From the NCBI GenBank assembly GCA_038087875.1, contig CM075990.1, forward strand, positions 1,366,001 through 1,430,000: 64,000 nt of DNA, given 5' to 3'. The notes beneath the pieces are model-generated. The model did not search any database and was not told the DNA's origin. It saw nothing but the letters and a program-made list of their open reading frames with translations. Position numbers and translations under genes: made by a program. The DNA comes from Malacoraja senta. Taxonomy: Eukaryota. Of the stretch, positions 37,244-49,262 are shown in pieces; the first letter of the stretch is position 1, and each line of letters begins with the position of its first letter.

Positions 37244-37786
37244 ACCGTTATGTGTTTTGTGTTGTGAAGCAGCATAAGGTGTGTAGGTCGAAGTTGAGGG
37301 GGGGGGAGGAGAAATGGCTGCGAGTCGAAGAGGAAAGTGGGGGAAAGAGTTGTTTGTGGGTTAGTTACATAAGGTTGCAGAATTTCATGTTAGATTTTCT
37401 TTGACCAAAAACCTGCAACTTTCAGACATTCGCTTCTCACTGTTTGACGTGAGCTCTCGGCTTCTTCCGCGATCCGGTTACTTATTCAAGTACATGCTCG
37501 TGTTGAATTCTTTAATAAAGGGGCGCTTTCATTTTCTAAACACATGTAAGCGGAACTGCGAGTCGTGTTCTGTATTTACTGTCACAAGCAGCAGCGGGAC
37601 TGTGTTCGAGTCACAGAGTCACACTGCACTGAAGACGGTTCCGTTCCCCACTCGCCGATGGAATAGTGTGGCCTCCCTTCTGTCTGGTTTACACCGAGTG
37701 CCGAAGATAGACACAAAAAGCTGGAATAACTCAGCGGCACAGACAACATCTCTGGAGAGAAGGAATTGGTGACTGAATGGGGAAGC

Positions 37787-37814
37787 CTGAAGAAGGGTCT
37801 CGACCCGAAACGTC
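37787..37814 (+). ncRNA. Minimal hammerhead ribozyme core
   Basis: CTGAAGA-A-GGGTC-TC-GACCC-GAAAC-GTC. Confidence 0.65.
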
Positions 37815-38034
37815 ACCAATTCCTTCTCTCCAGAGATACTTCCTGTCCCACTGAGTTACTGCAGCTTTTTGTCTCTATATTCGGTTTAAACCACCATCTA
37901 TAGTTCCTTCTTACACCCAGTGCCGTGGGGTTAGGAGGGAGAGATAGATCAGCCGTGATTGAATGGCCGAGTAGGCTTGATGGGCCAAATGGCTTAATTC
38001 TATTCCTATCCCTTATGAACAGAACGCAGGTTCA

Positions 38035-38965
38035 TCAAGTCAAGTCAAGTTTTATTCGTCAAGTCAAGTTTTATTCGTCATTTGCACATAAAGTGCCAGC
38101 GAAATGAATTTGCCAGCAGCGGTACAATTTTAAAAAAGAACACACAATACACAATATAAAATTAACACAAACATCCACCACAGCATTCATCACCGTGGTG
38201 GAAGGCACAAAAATTGGCTAGTCCTCCACCATTTCCCCCCGTGGTCGGGACCTCAACGCTCCGCAGTCGCCGTTGTGGGCGTCCAGATGTTCAGACAAGA
38301 TAAATCCAGGTAGGTGCCTCCTCACCGGAGACCGCGGCTTCAAGTTGGTGTAAGCCGCAGGCCGGTGGTCCACGATCTAAAGTCCACGCCGCGCCCCAGC
38401 AAGAAGCACCGCAGACCGCAGGCCCGGCGGTCGGAGCTCCTCTCCAGGGATCCCGGGCGAGGGACCCGCTTCGAATGGCAAGTCCCCGCCGCGCCCGCGG
38501 CAGAAGTAGGCCGCGGGTCGGCGGTCGGAGCTCTTCTCCTCCCGTATCCCCACCGAGGGATCCCAGGCTCCGGACGCCGCGCCAACTGGAGCTCCGCAGA
38601 CCGCGGCTTCAGGCTGCCGCGGGCCAGCGAACAGAGCGCTCCCCTCCGGCGACCCCCGGCGAGGGCTCGCCCGCTCTGCGACGAAAGCGACCTCGCTGCT
38701 CCCACTGCTAAAGCCCCGGGCACGTCTCCGGGAAAGGCCGCACCGATATTCGATGCTAGACCACGGGGGTGGCGACATGGAAAAAGTCGCCTCTCCGTGG
38801 AAGAGGCGACCGAAACGGTTTCCCCCTTAACCCCCCACACCACCCCGCCCCACAAGACACACAGAGAGACATTTAAAAACACACATTAAGACCCACTAAA
38901 AAAGACAAAAAAAGTAGAAAAACTAACACGCTGCTGGCAGGCCTGACGGCTCGCAGCGCCCCCAC
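38035..38965 (-). mobile_element. GC-rich non-autonomous retroelement (paralog at 55038-55895)
   Basis: (TCAAG)n tail plus TTTATT, GC-rich core and T/G-rich 5' block. Confidence 0.6.
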
Positions 38966-39189
38966 CGACCAGTGGATATTATGTCACAGAGAATATTATG
39001 AATTAATTGATCAACGGCCGAGCACAACGAGGACCATTGTGTCACCGACGGATTATCCCATAAAACTAAAAAATGATGCAATGAAGCGAAGCCTTTTGTT
39101 GAGATAGGAATTTCCCCGAATGAAACGAGATATACGTTGTACACGCGTGTGAACGGACAGTATTTTCTCAAAAGTATCCATTGATAGAA

Positions 39190-39261
39190 TAGCAGAGGAT
39201 GGTTTCGATCCATCGACCTCTGGGTTATGGGCCCAGCACGCTTCCGCTGCGCCACTCTGCT
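39190..39261 (-). tRNA. tRNA-iMet-CAT: Initiator tRNA-Met(CAT)
   Basis: Minus strand AGCAGAGTGGCGCAGCGGAAGCGTGCTGGGCCCATAACCCAGAGGTCGATGGATCGAAACCATCCTCTGCTA, the canonical vertebrate iMet sequence (A1:U72, GATCG T-loop); T4 terminator downstream. Confidence 0.98.
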
Positions 39262-40679
39262 CTCACAGAAACATTGTTAGCGTGGGTGCTCCTTTTGCTA
39301 ATTTCGTTGTTTTCATCTCTTACCTCACACCGTTTGCAGGCTTTGCTTTCTTTTCTCGCGTACCACTTCTATCTTCCATTTTTTTCTCCATCTTACTTTC
39401 TTTATTTGTTACTCTCTACCCCATCCCATTGTTACGACTGTGCTGTCTGTCCCGGTCGGATACACTGTTCCGAGGTTTTAGCAATGAATTTTAAATTATT
39501 TAAATTATCCTATTCCAGCAGCCCTATTGCTGAATATTCTGTTTATCTTCCTCTGTGTCTCTCGCACACCAGACTGATTCCTGGGATGTCAGGACTTTCA
39601 TATGAAGAAAGACTGGATAGACTTGGCTTGACGTAGGAGGGGTCCTTGGACGGAGTCGAGGTGGGGGCGGGTGGGGGCATTGGGACAGGTGTTGCATCTC
39701 CTGCTGATGCAGGGGAAAGTTACTGGGAAGGGGGAGGTTTCAGTGTGAAGAAAGTTGTGAGTTGAGTTGAGTTGAGAAAGGGTGAGTTGAAGAAAGGGGT
39801 GGAGATGGGACCGGGGAGTTGCGCAGTGAACGGGCTCTGCGGAAAGCGGAAAGAGCTGGAAATGGTTCTTTAGACTGCAAATCGGTGGGGAGGAGGGGAC
39901 GTGTCCCATACTCGGATTAGTGAGATTTCCTTATTCAAGGAACGTGGATTTTCCTCTTCTCTAATAGAGGAGAGCCTCACACCACAGTGGCCCGTAGTTC
40001 TGCTCTTGCTTTCTGTTCGCCCAGTCGCAACAAAGGCAGTTCCCCTGATCCTCACTTTCACCCCACCAGACTCCAGCCAACACATTATCCTCCGATATTC
40101 CCGTCACCTCCTGAGGGATGCGACCACTTATCACATCTTCTCATCTCCACCCCTTTCCGCCTTCCCCAGGGACTGCTCCCTCCTCAATTCACTCATCTCT
40201 TCCCACCCACCTCAAGGTAGATGGGAACAACCGGGTGGTCTTACCTTCAGCGCCCTCGAGGTCGGCTGCGGGATGTGCCCCTCGGGGGAATTATAGCTGA
40301 AGAGAGCAGGTGTGGAGAGGGATACCGGATTACGGGACATCCGGAATTGAGGTGAGGGCTGCAACGGGCCTGTGTCACCAGCTACAGCTGCGACTGTAAA
40401 ATGGCGCCGATATGGCACCTCTTGCATATCGACTCAGTGGGGTGCTCTGTGTATTCAGTACTGACTAGGGTGATTATGCATATGGACGGGGATAGTCTTG
40501 CTGAGCTGTATGAAATAATCCGTTGAACCATACCCTACCTAGTTACATTCCCAGCAACCGTAGTAGATGCAACACGTGTCTCTATACCTCCTCTCTTGAC
40601 ACCACCCAGGGACCCCAGGCATAGGCGGAAATTGCTTTTAAAACATGGGGAGGGACACATTGAGGCCTGACATCAAGGA

Positions 40680-41085
40680 AAGGCGTCGGCAACCTACGGC
40701 CCACGGACCGGATCCGGCCCGCAACCCAAAACCATCCGGCCCGCAGACGTATTTTTTTTCCAATTCATTTTCGCGTCCTGGGCGCTACAGCCAGACCTGC
40801 CGGCCGACATGGGCGCTACAGCCATTCCCGAGGCAGGCGAGCCCCTCTGGGCGCAACAACCATTCCCGGGCAGGCGAGCTGACCTGGGCGCAACAGCCAG
40901 TCCCACGGCACGCAAGCGACCTGGGCGCTAAAGCCAGACATAGGCCAAGCGAGCTGACTTGGGCACTTCAACTAATCATGCCAGTCAACCTACAGCTTGT
41001 CGCGGGCCGGGCGAGCCCACCAGGGCGCTACAGCCATTCGCTGGGCAGGCGAGCCGACCTGAGACTGGTTGTTGCGCCCAGGGCA
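40680..41085 (+). repeat. hAT/Charlie-like left end followed by a GC-rich minisatellite (paralog at about 60428-60865)
   Basis: GTCGGCAACCTACGGCCC..GGATCCGGCCCG, then the core TGGGCGCWACAGCCA recurring every 31-38 bp. Confidence 0.7.
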
Positions 41086-41999
41086 CAAAACATGGGGGGG
41101 GAGGGTTTGTCCCCCCAGCTCTCAAACAGGTGCCCCCCCCCCTCCGCCGTCCCCCACAGGATTAACTGGTAGATGTGTTTTCTTTACCGTGAAATAAATC
41201 GACAAAGGCTGAGAGCGCTCAACTCCGTGACAGCTCTGTGGTTGGTGTTTCAAGTATTGTTTTCAGGAGAACCTCCAGTTGAAACAAAGGTTCACATGTA
41301 CCTCCTCGAACCACATTAACTGCATCCGCTGTTCCTAATGTGGGCTCCTTTACATCGGTGAGACCAAACGTAGACTCATAGAAAAACATAGAAACATAGA
41401 AAAATAGGTGCAGGAACAGGCCATTCGGCCCATCGAGCCAGTACCGTCATTCTATCTGATCATGACTGATCATCTAAAATCAGTATCCCGTTCCTGCTTT
41501 TCCCCCATATCCCTTGATTCCTTTAGCCCAAAGAGCTAAATCTAACTTTTTCTTGAAAAAATCATGTGAATTGGCGCCCACTGCCTTCTGTGGCAAAGAA
41601 TTCCACAGGTTCACAACTCTCGAAAACGTTTTTCCTCATCTCAGTCCAAAATGGCCTACCCCTTATTCTTAACCTGTGACCCCTGGTTCTGGACTCCCCC
41701 AGCATCGGGTAGACTTTTCCTGCATCAACTAGATAAATTAACAGTGTGCGGAGTCCATTGTTGTGCTTCAATAAATGTCATCGCGACGGACGTTCAGGTG
41801 CAAAGTTAGGAATGACTTCGACAATGAATGGGTAGAGGATATATCAGAATTGTTGTAAGGCAATTGTTCCGTCCTCTCACCAGCTCTAGAGCGGTCCTGA
41901 CCTTCCATCTACCTCATTGGAGACTTTCGAACTATCTTTAATCGGACTTTACTGGACGTTATCTACATTAAGTTTAAGCATTAAGTTATACATTTAAGT

Positions 42000-42027
42000 C
42001 TGAAGAAGGGTCACGACCCGAAACGTC
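42000..42027 (+). ncRNA. Minimal hammerhead ribozyme core
   Basis: CTGAAGA-A-GGGTC-AC-GACCC-GAAAC-GTC; flanking GT and AC can start stem I. Confidence 0.65.
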
Positions 42028-42130
42028 ACCCATTCCTTCTCTCCAGAGATGCTGCCTGTCCTGCTGAGTTACTGTAGCATTCTGTTTCTCTCTTCAGTTC
42101 AAACCAGCATCTGCATTTCCTTCCTGCACG

Positions 42131-42590
42131 TTTCATATGAAGATAGACTGGATAGACTCGGCTTGTACTCGCTAGAATTTAGAAGATTGAGGGGGGATCT
42201 TATAGAGACCTACAAAATTCTTAAGCGGTTGGACAGGCTAGATGCAGGAGGATTGTTCCCGATGTTGGGGAAGTCCAGGACAAGGGGTCACAGTTTAAGG
42301 ATTAAGGGGAAATCCTTTAGGACCGAGATGAGAAAAACATTGTTCACACCGAGAGTGGTGAATCTCTGGAACTCTCTGCCACAGAACGTAGTTGAGGCCA
42401 GTTCATTGGCTATAGTTAAGAGGAAGTTAGATGTGGCCCTTGTGGCTAAAGGGATCAGGCGTTATGGAGAGAAGGCAGGTACAGGATACTGAGTTGGATG
42501 ATCAGCCAGGATCATATTCAATGGCGGTGCGGGCTCGAAGGGCCGAATGGCCTACTCATGCACCTATTTTCTATGTTTCTATGTTTCTAT
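42131..42590 (+). mobile_element. CR1 3' insertion specific to duplication copy 1
   Basis: SYEDRLDRLGLYSLEFRRLRGDL plus a (TTTCTATG)n tail; empty site CTGCACGTTACCT at about 61908-61920. Confidence 0.92.
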
Positions 42591-42849
42591 GTTACCTTTA
42601 TCTGCAAACTGTGGACAGCTTGATTACAATCATGTAAATTCCTTTCTCATACAGTATTCTATTGTATCTCGCTGCATGATGTAATGGTAAATTTATGTTA
42701 GCTAAATTAAACTGATATATCATGGCCGTCCGAAGAGGGGGGGGTGGTGCGTTGGGTGCGGTCGCATCCCACCTTTTTTTCACAGAATACGAAATATTCG
42801 CGAGGAAAAAAATGGAGCGCAATCAGCGTTTACCCGTTGGGGGAAGTTG

Positions 42850-43600
42850 GGGGAAGCCGGTGACGCACTAGGGACGTAACATGACGCTGTCTTTCCGCGC
42901 GTGCGCAGTGGGTCCGGGCGGGATCAGGTCAGATCAATTTTCACTCCACACCAATGATACTAGAGGAGCCTTTGCTCCACACGATCAGAGATCTCCTCGA
43001 TGCATCGTGTCTACTCAAGGTAAGTAGTGCAATGTTGCGTTGCGGGAGGGGGAGTCTGTTTCATATCCTGGGTGGCAAACTCCGTTTCTCCGACCGGGGG
43101 GGCGCTGCGGTGTCTGTCCATCGCCTGGCGTCCAGGGAGCGGGTCCGCTGCCGGCGGGCGGTCCGGAGAGACCGTTCTCCCGTTGCCGGGCGGGATCCGG
43201 AACGACTGAATATGAACCCGTCGGGCCCTCTCCTCCCCCGCCGCCTCCCCCCCCCCCCCCCCGCTGGGCCCACGCCACCTTTTCCCCGCCCACGCCACGA
43301 CCCACTACCGCCGGGCCCACGCCTTTCTTTACCCCCCCCGCCTTTCTCCCCCCCCCGCAGCGGACCCGCGCCCCCGCGGACACTCGCCCCCCCCTCTTGC
43401 CCCCCCCCCGCCCGCGCAGCGGTCCCTCGCATCTCGCCCCCCGCGCGGCGGACACTCGCATCTCGCCCCACCCCATCCTCGCATTTCGCCCCCCCCACCC
43501 GCAGCGGACCCTCGCATCTCGCCCCCCCCGCAGTGGACCCTCGCCCCCCCCCCCCCGCAGTGGACACAAAGCTGCGCGGGAGGGAGGAAGGTGAAAGAGG
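42850..43600 (+). promoter_or_regulatory. CpG-island/promoter-like block with a candidate first exon (paralog at about 62170-62890)
   Basis: TGACGC half-CRE sites, GCGCGTGCGCA (NRF1-like), GC box, AAG|GTAAGT donor at 43020, CpG-rich tract. Confidence 0.5.
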
Positions 43601-44014
43601 GGGGGGGATGTGAGAGGGGAGGGATGGGAGGGGGAGAGAGAGGTGAAAGGAGGGGAGGGGAGAGAGAGAGATGGGGAGGTAGAGAGAGGTGGAGGGCAGA
43701 GGGAAACGGGGATTATCTTAAGTGACATTGCAATAGTAAGGTAGGTTTTACAGCTATTATATTTTCTCCTCTATATGAATAATATTAAACAATATCAAAT
43801 AATATCAAACATTTGGAACTCCTTTCTTTTCCTTGATAACAATACTGAAAAACATGAATTCCATAGTTTGTTACATTACTACACATTTTAATGGGACCAT
43901 TATATATAGATGAAACATTTCCATTTCGAGATCAAGGGGGTGGGGGGAAATATGCGTCAAGCCGATAGCCTAATCGTTAAAGAGTTAAAAGGCAGCCTAA
44001 TCGATAAGGAGCTG

Positions 44015-45070
44015 AGAACAAGAACCAGAGCTACAAAGGAAAGGTACTCTGAGAAATTGAGGAGCAAATTCTCAGTTAGTGACGCATCTTCAGTTTGGAA
44101 GGGCATGCAAGAAATTACCAACTACAAGAGGAAAGCCCCCCGCTCTTTGGACAATCGTCAGCTGAGCCACGACCCGAATGAGTTTTACTGCAGGTTTCAA
44201 AATCAGAAACGTAACTCTGCTAACCCCTCCCCAACAAACACAGCCAGACCCGTCTGCAAATGATGGACCCTGCTACCTCTCCTTCCCATTCACCACTTCA
44301 CACCTACGTAAGGCAAGACTCCAGTATGAAAAGAGTGGACCCTTTCCCACCCCAACCAATACTTCACACCCACTCACAGCCTGACCTCAATCTACAAAGA
44401 CTAGGCCCTTCTACACCCACCCCACTCCAATCGCCACTTCACACCCAATTACTCATTTTTAACCAGTCCCTGCAAACAAGTACTGTCCCTGTCTGCTTCA
44501 AAGTCTCCACTATTGTCCCTGTACCCAAATAGGCAAGGATTACTTGTCTTAATGACTACAGGCCTGACGCACTGACCTCTGTAGTCATGAAGACCCTTGA
44601 AAAAGCTTGTGCTGGCCAAGCTGAAAAATATCACAATCCCCCTGCTGGCCTCTCTGCAGTTTGCATATTGGGCCAATAGATTTGTGGATGAGGCAGTCAA
44701 TCTGGGTCTGCACCTCATTCTCCAGCACCTAGACCGCCAGGGGACCTATGCGAGGATTTTGTTTGTTGATTTTAGCTCTGCATTCAACACCATTGTGCCA
44801 GAGCTACTACGCTCCAAACTTTCCGAGTTAACTGTGCATGAACCCCTCTGTCGGTCGACCACCAGCTTCCTGGCAGACAGGAAGCAGCATGTGAGGCTGG
44901 GAAAGCACATCTCGGACCCGCAAACGCTCAGCATTGGAGCACCGCAGGGCTGCGTACTCATCCCTCTCCTCTACTCTCGCTACACCAACGACTGCACCTC
45001 CGCAGACACCTCTGTCAAACTTCTCAAGTTTGCGGACGACACAACCCTGATTGGACTGATCCAGGATGGG
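44015..45070 (+). mobile_element. Rex1/Babar-like LINE RT fragment (paralog at about 63275-64000)
   Basis: [40 protein letters not shown]. Confidence 0.9.
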
Positions 45071-45449
45071 GATCTCTGTACTCTTTCCAGTTTGACATCT
45101 TTCCTATAACACGGTGCCCAGAACTGAACACAATATTAAAAATGCGGTCTCACCAACATCTTATACAACTGCAACATGATCTCCCCACTTCTATACTCAA
45201 TACTCTGACTGATGAAGGCCAAAGTTCCAAAATATTTTTGACAACCTGATGTACCTGCGACTCGACCTTCAAGGAACCATCAACCATTCCTCTGCTCACC
45301 TGGCTAAATGATCCAGATCCTGCTGCAATCTTTCACAACCATATTCACTATCTGCAAAACCACTCACTTCCGTATCATCAGCAAACTTGCTAATCTGGCA
45401 CTGTTCTATGACGTTTCACAGAGTGCTGGAGTAACTCAGCGGGCCAGGC

Positions 45450-46015
45450 TGAGTATAGAAGTTGGGAGGTCATGTTGCAGTTGCATAAGAAGTTGGTGAG
45501 GCCGCATTCAGAGTATTGTATTCAGTTCTGGGCACCATGTTATGGGAAAGATGTCATCAAACTGGAAAAGGTACAGTGAAGATTTACGAGGATGTTGCCA
45601 GGACTAGAGGGCCAGAGCTATAGGGAGAGGTTGAGTACGCTGGGACTCTATTTCATGGAGCACAGGAGGATGAAGGATGATCTAATAGAGGTGTATAAAA
45701 TCATGATTTGATTAGATATGGTTGAGTAGGTGAATCGAGGAGCAGAGGACATAAGTTTAAGATGAAGGGGAAAAGATTTAATAGGAATCTGAGGGTTATA
45801 TTTTTCACACAAAGAGTGGTAGGTGTATGGAACAAGCTGCCAGAGGAGGTAGTTGAGGCAGGGACCATCGCAACATTTAAGAAACAGTTAGACAGGTACA
45901 TGGATAGGACAGGTTTGGAGGGATATGTCTCAAACGTGGGCAGGTGGGACTAGTGTAGATGGGACATGCTGGGCCGAAGGGCCTGTTTCCACACTGTATC
46001 ACTCTATGACTCTAT
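45450..46015 (+). mobile_element. CR1 3' fragment of a different subfamily
   Basis: FFTQRVVGVWNKLPEEVVEAG; 3' GGGCCGAAGGGCCTGTTTCC plus a CTATGACT tail. Confidence 0.8.
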
Positions 46016-46619
46016 CTATCTTTCCCTCTCAAACACATTATCTTGCCTTCTCCCCATTACCTCTGACACCCGTATCAATCAAGAATCTATCAATCTCCTC
46101 ATGAAAAATATCCATTGACTAGGCCTCCACTGCTGTATGTGGCAATCAATTCCACAGTTCACCACCCTCTGACTTAAGAAATTCCTGCTCATCTCCTTCC
46201 TAAAGGAATGTCTTTTAATTCTGAGGCTGTGGCCACTGGTCCTAGACTCTCCCACTAGTGGAAACTCCCTCTCCACATCCACTCCATCCAGGTTTTTGCC
46301 AGGCTGGGACAGACTGCAACAGCTTCACACCATATCCTAAGGCTTGTGTCCTGTAACTGCATCACCCAAGCCAGCAGAGACGTTATAGGAGAGGGCAAGC
46401 ACCGTCACAAATTAGCTCATGATGGTTTGGGTAACATTCAGGAATGTCTATGCATGTCACATCATGAATATTACTGAAGAAGGGTCTTGACCCGAAATAT
46501 AATCTATCGTGTGCTTGCCCCTCTTCTCTCTTTCCTCTTCTTTCTATCCTCCTCTCTCTCTCTTCCCCTCTCTCTCCCCCTTCTCCCCCCCTCTCCCTTC
46601 TCTCTCCCTTCTCTCTCTC

Positions 46620-46767
46620 CTCCGTCATCACCCGCGGGAGCGTCCCACAGGCACTGACCGCGGTCGGAGGGAGGGGGGAGGGAAATCACCCTGGATTGGG
46701 GGTTGGGGTCCGATGGCGGTGCATCGCGGTCAGTGACTGTGGGACGCACCCGCGGGTGGAGACGGAG
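46620..46767. repeat. GC-rich hairpin with 43-nt arms, flanked by CT and GA tracts
   Basis: 46620-46662 is complementary to 46725-46767. Confidence 0.85.
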
Positions 46768-48017
46768 GGGAGAGGGAGGAGTGGGGTGGAGAGAAGGGGG
46801 AGAGAGAGAAGGTAGGGAGAGAGAAAGAAGGGAGAGTGGGGGGGAGAGGAGGGGAAGAGAGAGGAGGAGAGAGAATAGAGTGGAGAGAGAGAAGAGGGGA
46901 GAGAGAAGGGAGAGGGAGAGAGAGAGGGGGAGAGAGAGAAGAGGGGAAAGAGAAGGGGGAGACGGGAGCGTGGGGTTCATTTTCCCACACAAGCCATAGG
47001 TGACTGGGCAATCTGAACCCAAGCACCAAGTTGAAAGGAGCCGAAGGTGTGCATCGCTCGGGACAGCCCCCACTCTCCCACGGCCACCCTCCGCGGGCTG
47101 CGGGTCGGGTGGAGCGGAGGTTTGGGACAATGTTCATTTCTTCACAGTGATGTGATGGACGCGGGGGTCTGGACCAATCGCTGACAAGTCCCGCCCCCAG
47201 CAACGTCAAGTCCGTTATTGGACTTTTCTGTTGAGCGGCAGTCAATCCTTTGGCCTGTGGGCGACGCCGCCTTTCGGGTAGGTGGCGTTTCGTCAGAGCG
47301 GCCATTCGGTAAGTTTGCTTTTACGCGACGCAGCTTTTCGGTTCCTTGGGTTTAGGCGTCCCGCCCTTTCGGTTAGTTTGCATTTAGGCGTCCCATCCTT
47401 TCAGTTAGTAGGCGTTTCGTCTTCGGACTCTTTCGGTTTATTGGCGTTTCGGCCTCGCTTCCATTCCGTTCTTTGGCTTCGACTTCTTTGCTTCGGCTTC
47501 TTGTCTGTCGGCGCCACGTCCGGGCACCATAATCTATACCTTTTCTCCAGAGATGCTGCCTGACCCACTGAGTTACTCCAGCACTCTGTGAAACGTCACC
47601 TATCCATGTACTCCACAGATGCTGCCTGACCCACTGAGTTATCCAGCACTTTGTGCCTATTTTCCCTTCACCCATCTGCCCAAACCCACCTTCCCCCTCC
47701 TTTCCTATGTTCCTTTCCACCCATAAACCTCTCTCTGCCTTTACATTTCACCCCTCTTTCAAATCTGCTCTACTTATCTACATGCATTTTTCTTCTTAAC
47801 TTTTTAGTCATAGAATGATGCAGTGTGGAAACAGGCCCTTCAGCCCAACTTGCCCACACCGACCAACATGTCCCATCTACACTAGTCCCACTCACACGGG
47901 TTTGGTCCATATCCATCTAAACCTGTCCTATCTGTACCTGTCTAAATGTCTCTTAAACATTAGGATAGTCCCAGCCTTAACGACCTCCTCTGGCAGCCCT
48001 TTCCATACACCCACCAT

Positions 48018-48325
48018 CATAGAAACATAGAAACATAGAAACATAGAAAATAGGTGCAGGAGGAGGCCATTCGGCCCTTCGACCCTACACTGTCATTCAT
48101 TGTGATCATGGCTGATCGTCCCCTATCAATAACCCGTGCCTGCCTTCTCCCCATATCCCTTGACTCCACTAGCCCCTAGAGCTCTATCTAACTCTCTCGT
48201 AAATCCATCCAGTGACTTGGCCTCCACTGCCCTCTGTGGCAGGGAATTCCACAAATTCACACAACTCTCTGGGTGAAAAAGTTGTTTCTCACCTCAGTCT
48301 TAAATGACCTCCCCTTTATTCTAAG
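48018..48325 (-). mobile_element. CR1 3' end
   Basis: (CATAGAAA)n tail and reverse-complement similarity to about 705-997. Confidence 0.9.
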
Positions 48326-49262
48326 ATGCATCCTTTGTGTGAAAAAGCTACCTCTCAGATTCCTGTTAATTTCTGAAATATTGGTCATAAATTTGATCAA
48401 ATTTATTTGGTCAAAAATGCTCCAAAATAAGGCTCAGAATGCATCAGAGAGCACCTAAAACCCCTGAGCTTCCAGGGCCCTCAAGCAGGCCCTGTACTGC
48501 GGCATCGAGGGACTTCGCGCTTCACATTATTTCACATTAAAAATTTTGTAATCCTGTCATGCCACCCCCCTTTTTGAAAAGCTTCGTGCGGGCCTGTATA
48601 TACATATTGTTTGTGACCAAAGATAGAAACAAAATGCTGGAGTAATTCAGCAGGACTGGCCGCATCTATGGAGAGAAGGAATGGGTGACGATTCGGGTCG
48701 AGACCCTTCTTCAGATCTGCAGAACTTTCCAACACTCATTGTTTGTGACCACATTGCGCGGGATAGTGATGGGCTAGAAAGGTGTCACAGGTGACATTCA
48801 ATGATTGCGCATACTTTCGACGGAACGTATTCGAGGGTCGAAAGACCTCCTCCGATCACTGTGCTTCTGTTTTGTTTTCACAAGTTGTGATCTGGGATTT
48901 GAGTGTCGATCAGACCAATGGGAAAACCTCCTCTACTCCGCCTCTGTCCCAGAATTTGCAACGTTTACAGGGCGTGTGGTTCAGTGACCTGGCCAGTCTT
49001 CATCGGTCAAGGACTGAGGTGGAAGATGGCGAGAATTCTGTTTCTCTTGTCTGGTGAGATCTATATTCCGAAATGACAAAAATGTTCAGCAGCGGGATTA
49101 CCACATCTGATGAACACGGTGCGTTATATTAAAATTGACGCAGAATTACGTGAACGACTATGCCCGGATTTTTGAGTTGGAAGTGAACTGAGTTTCCTCA
49201 TCTCCGTCCAAAATGGCCTCCCCTTATTCTTAAACTGTGATCCCCTTGTTAAGTACTGCAGT

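Larger units (their letters stand above)
33439..44819 (+). repeat. Segmental duplication, copy 1
   Basis: Collinear with 51375-64000, including unique sequence, tRNA genes and shared TE junctions. Confidence 0.95.

Noticed and set aside
40240..40420. Minus-strand donor (AG|GTAAG) and YY1-like AAAATGGCG motif as a first exon
   Set aside because: Embedded among Penelope fragments with no identifiable product; too weak to call
40779..41080. CRISPR-like repeat-spacer appearance
   Set aside because: Vertebrate context, no cas genes, degenerate cores and spacers related to one another; it is a minisatellite
42954..43728. Long Pro/Gly/Arg-rich ORFs on both strands (also 38314-38889, 46504-47305, 62276-62923)
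   Set aside because: Stop-poor GC-rich low-complexity DNA, open in many frames; indels between the duplicates shift the frames
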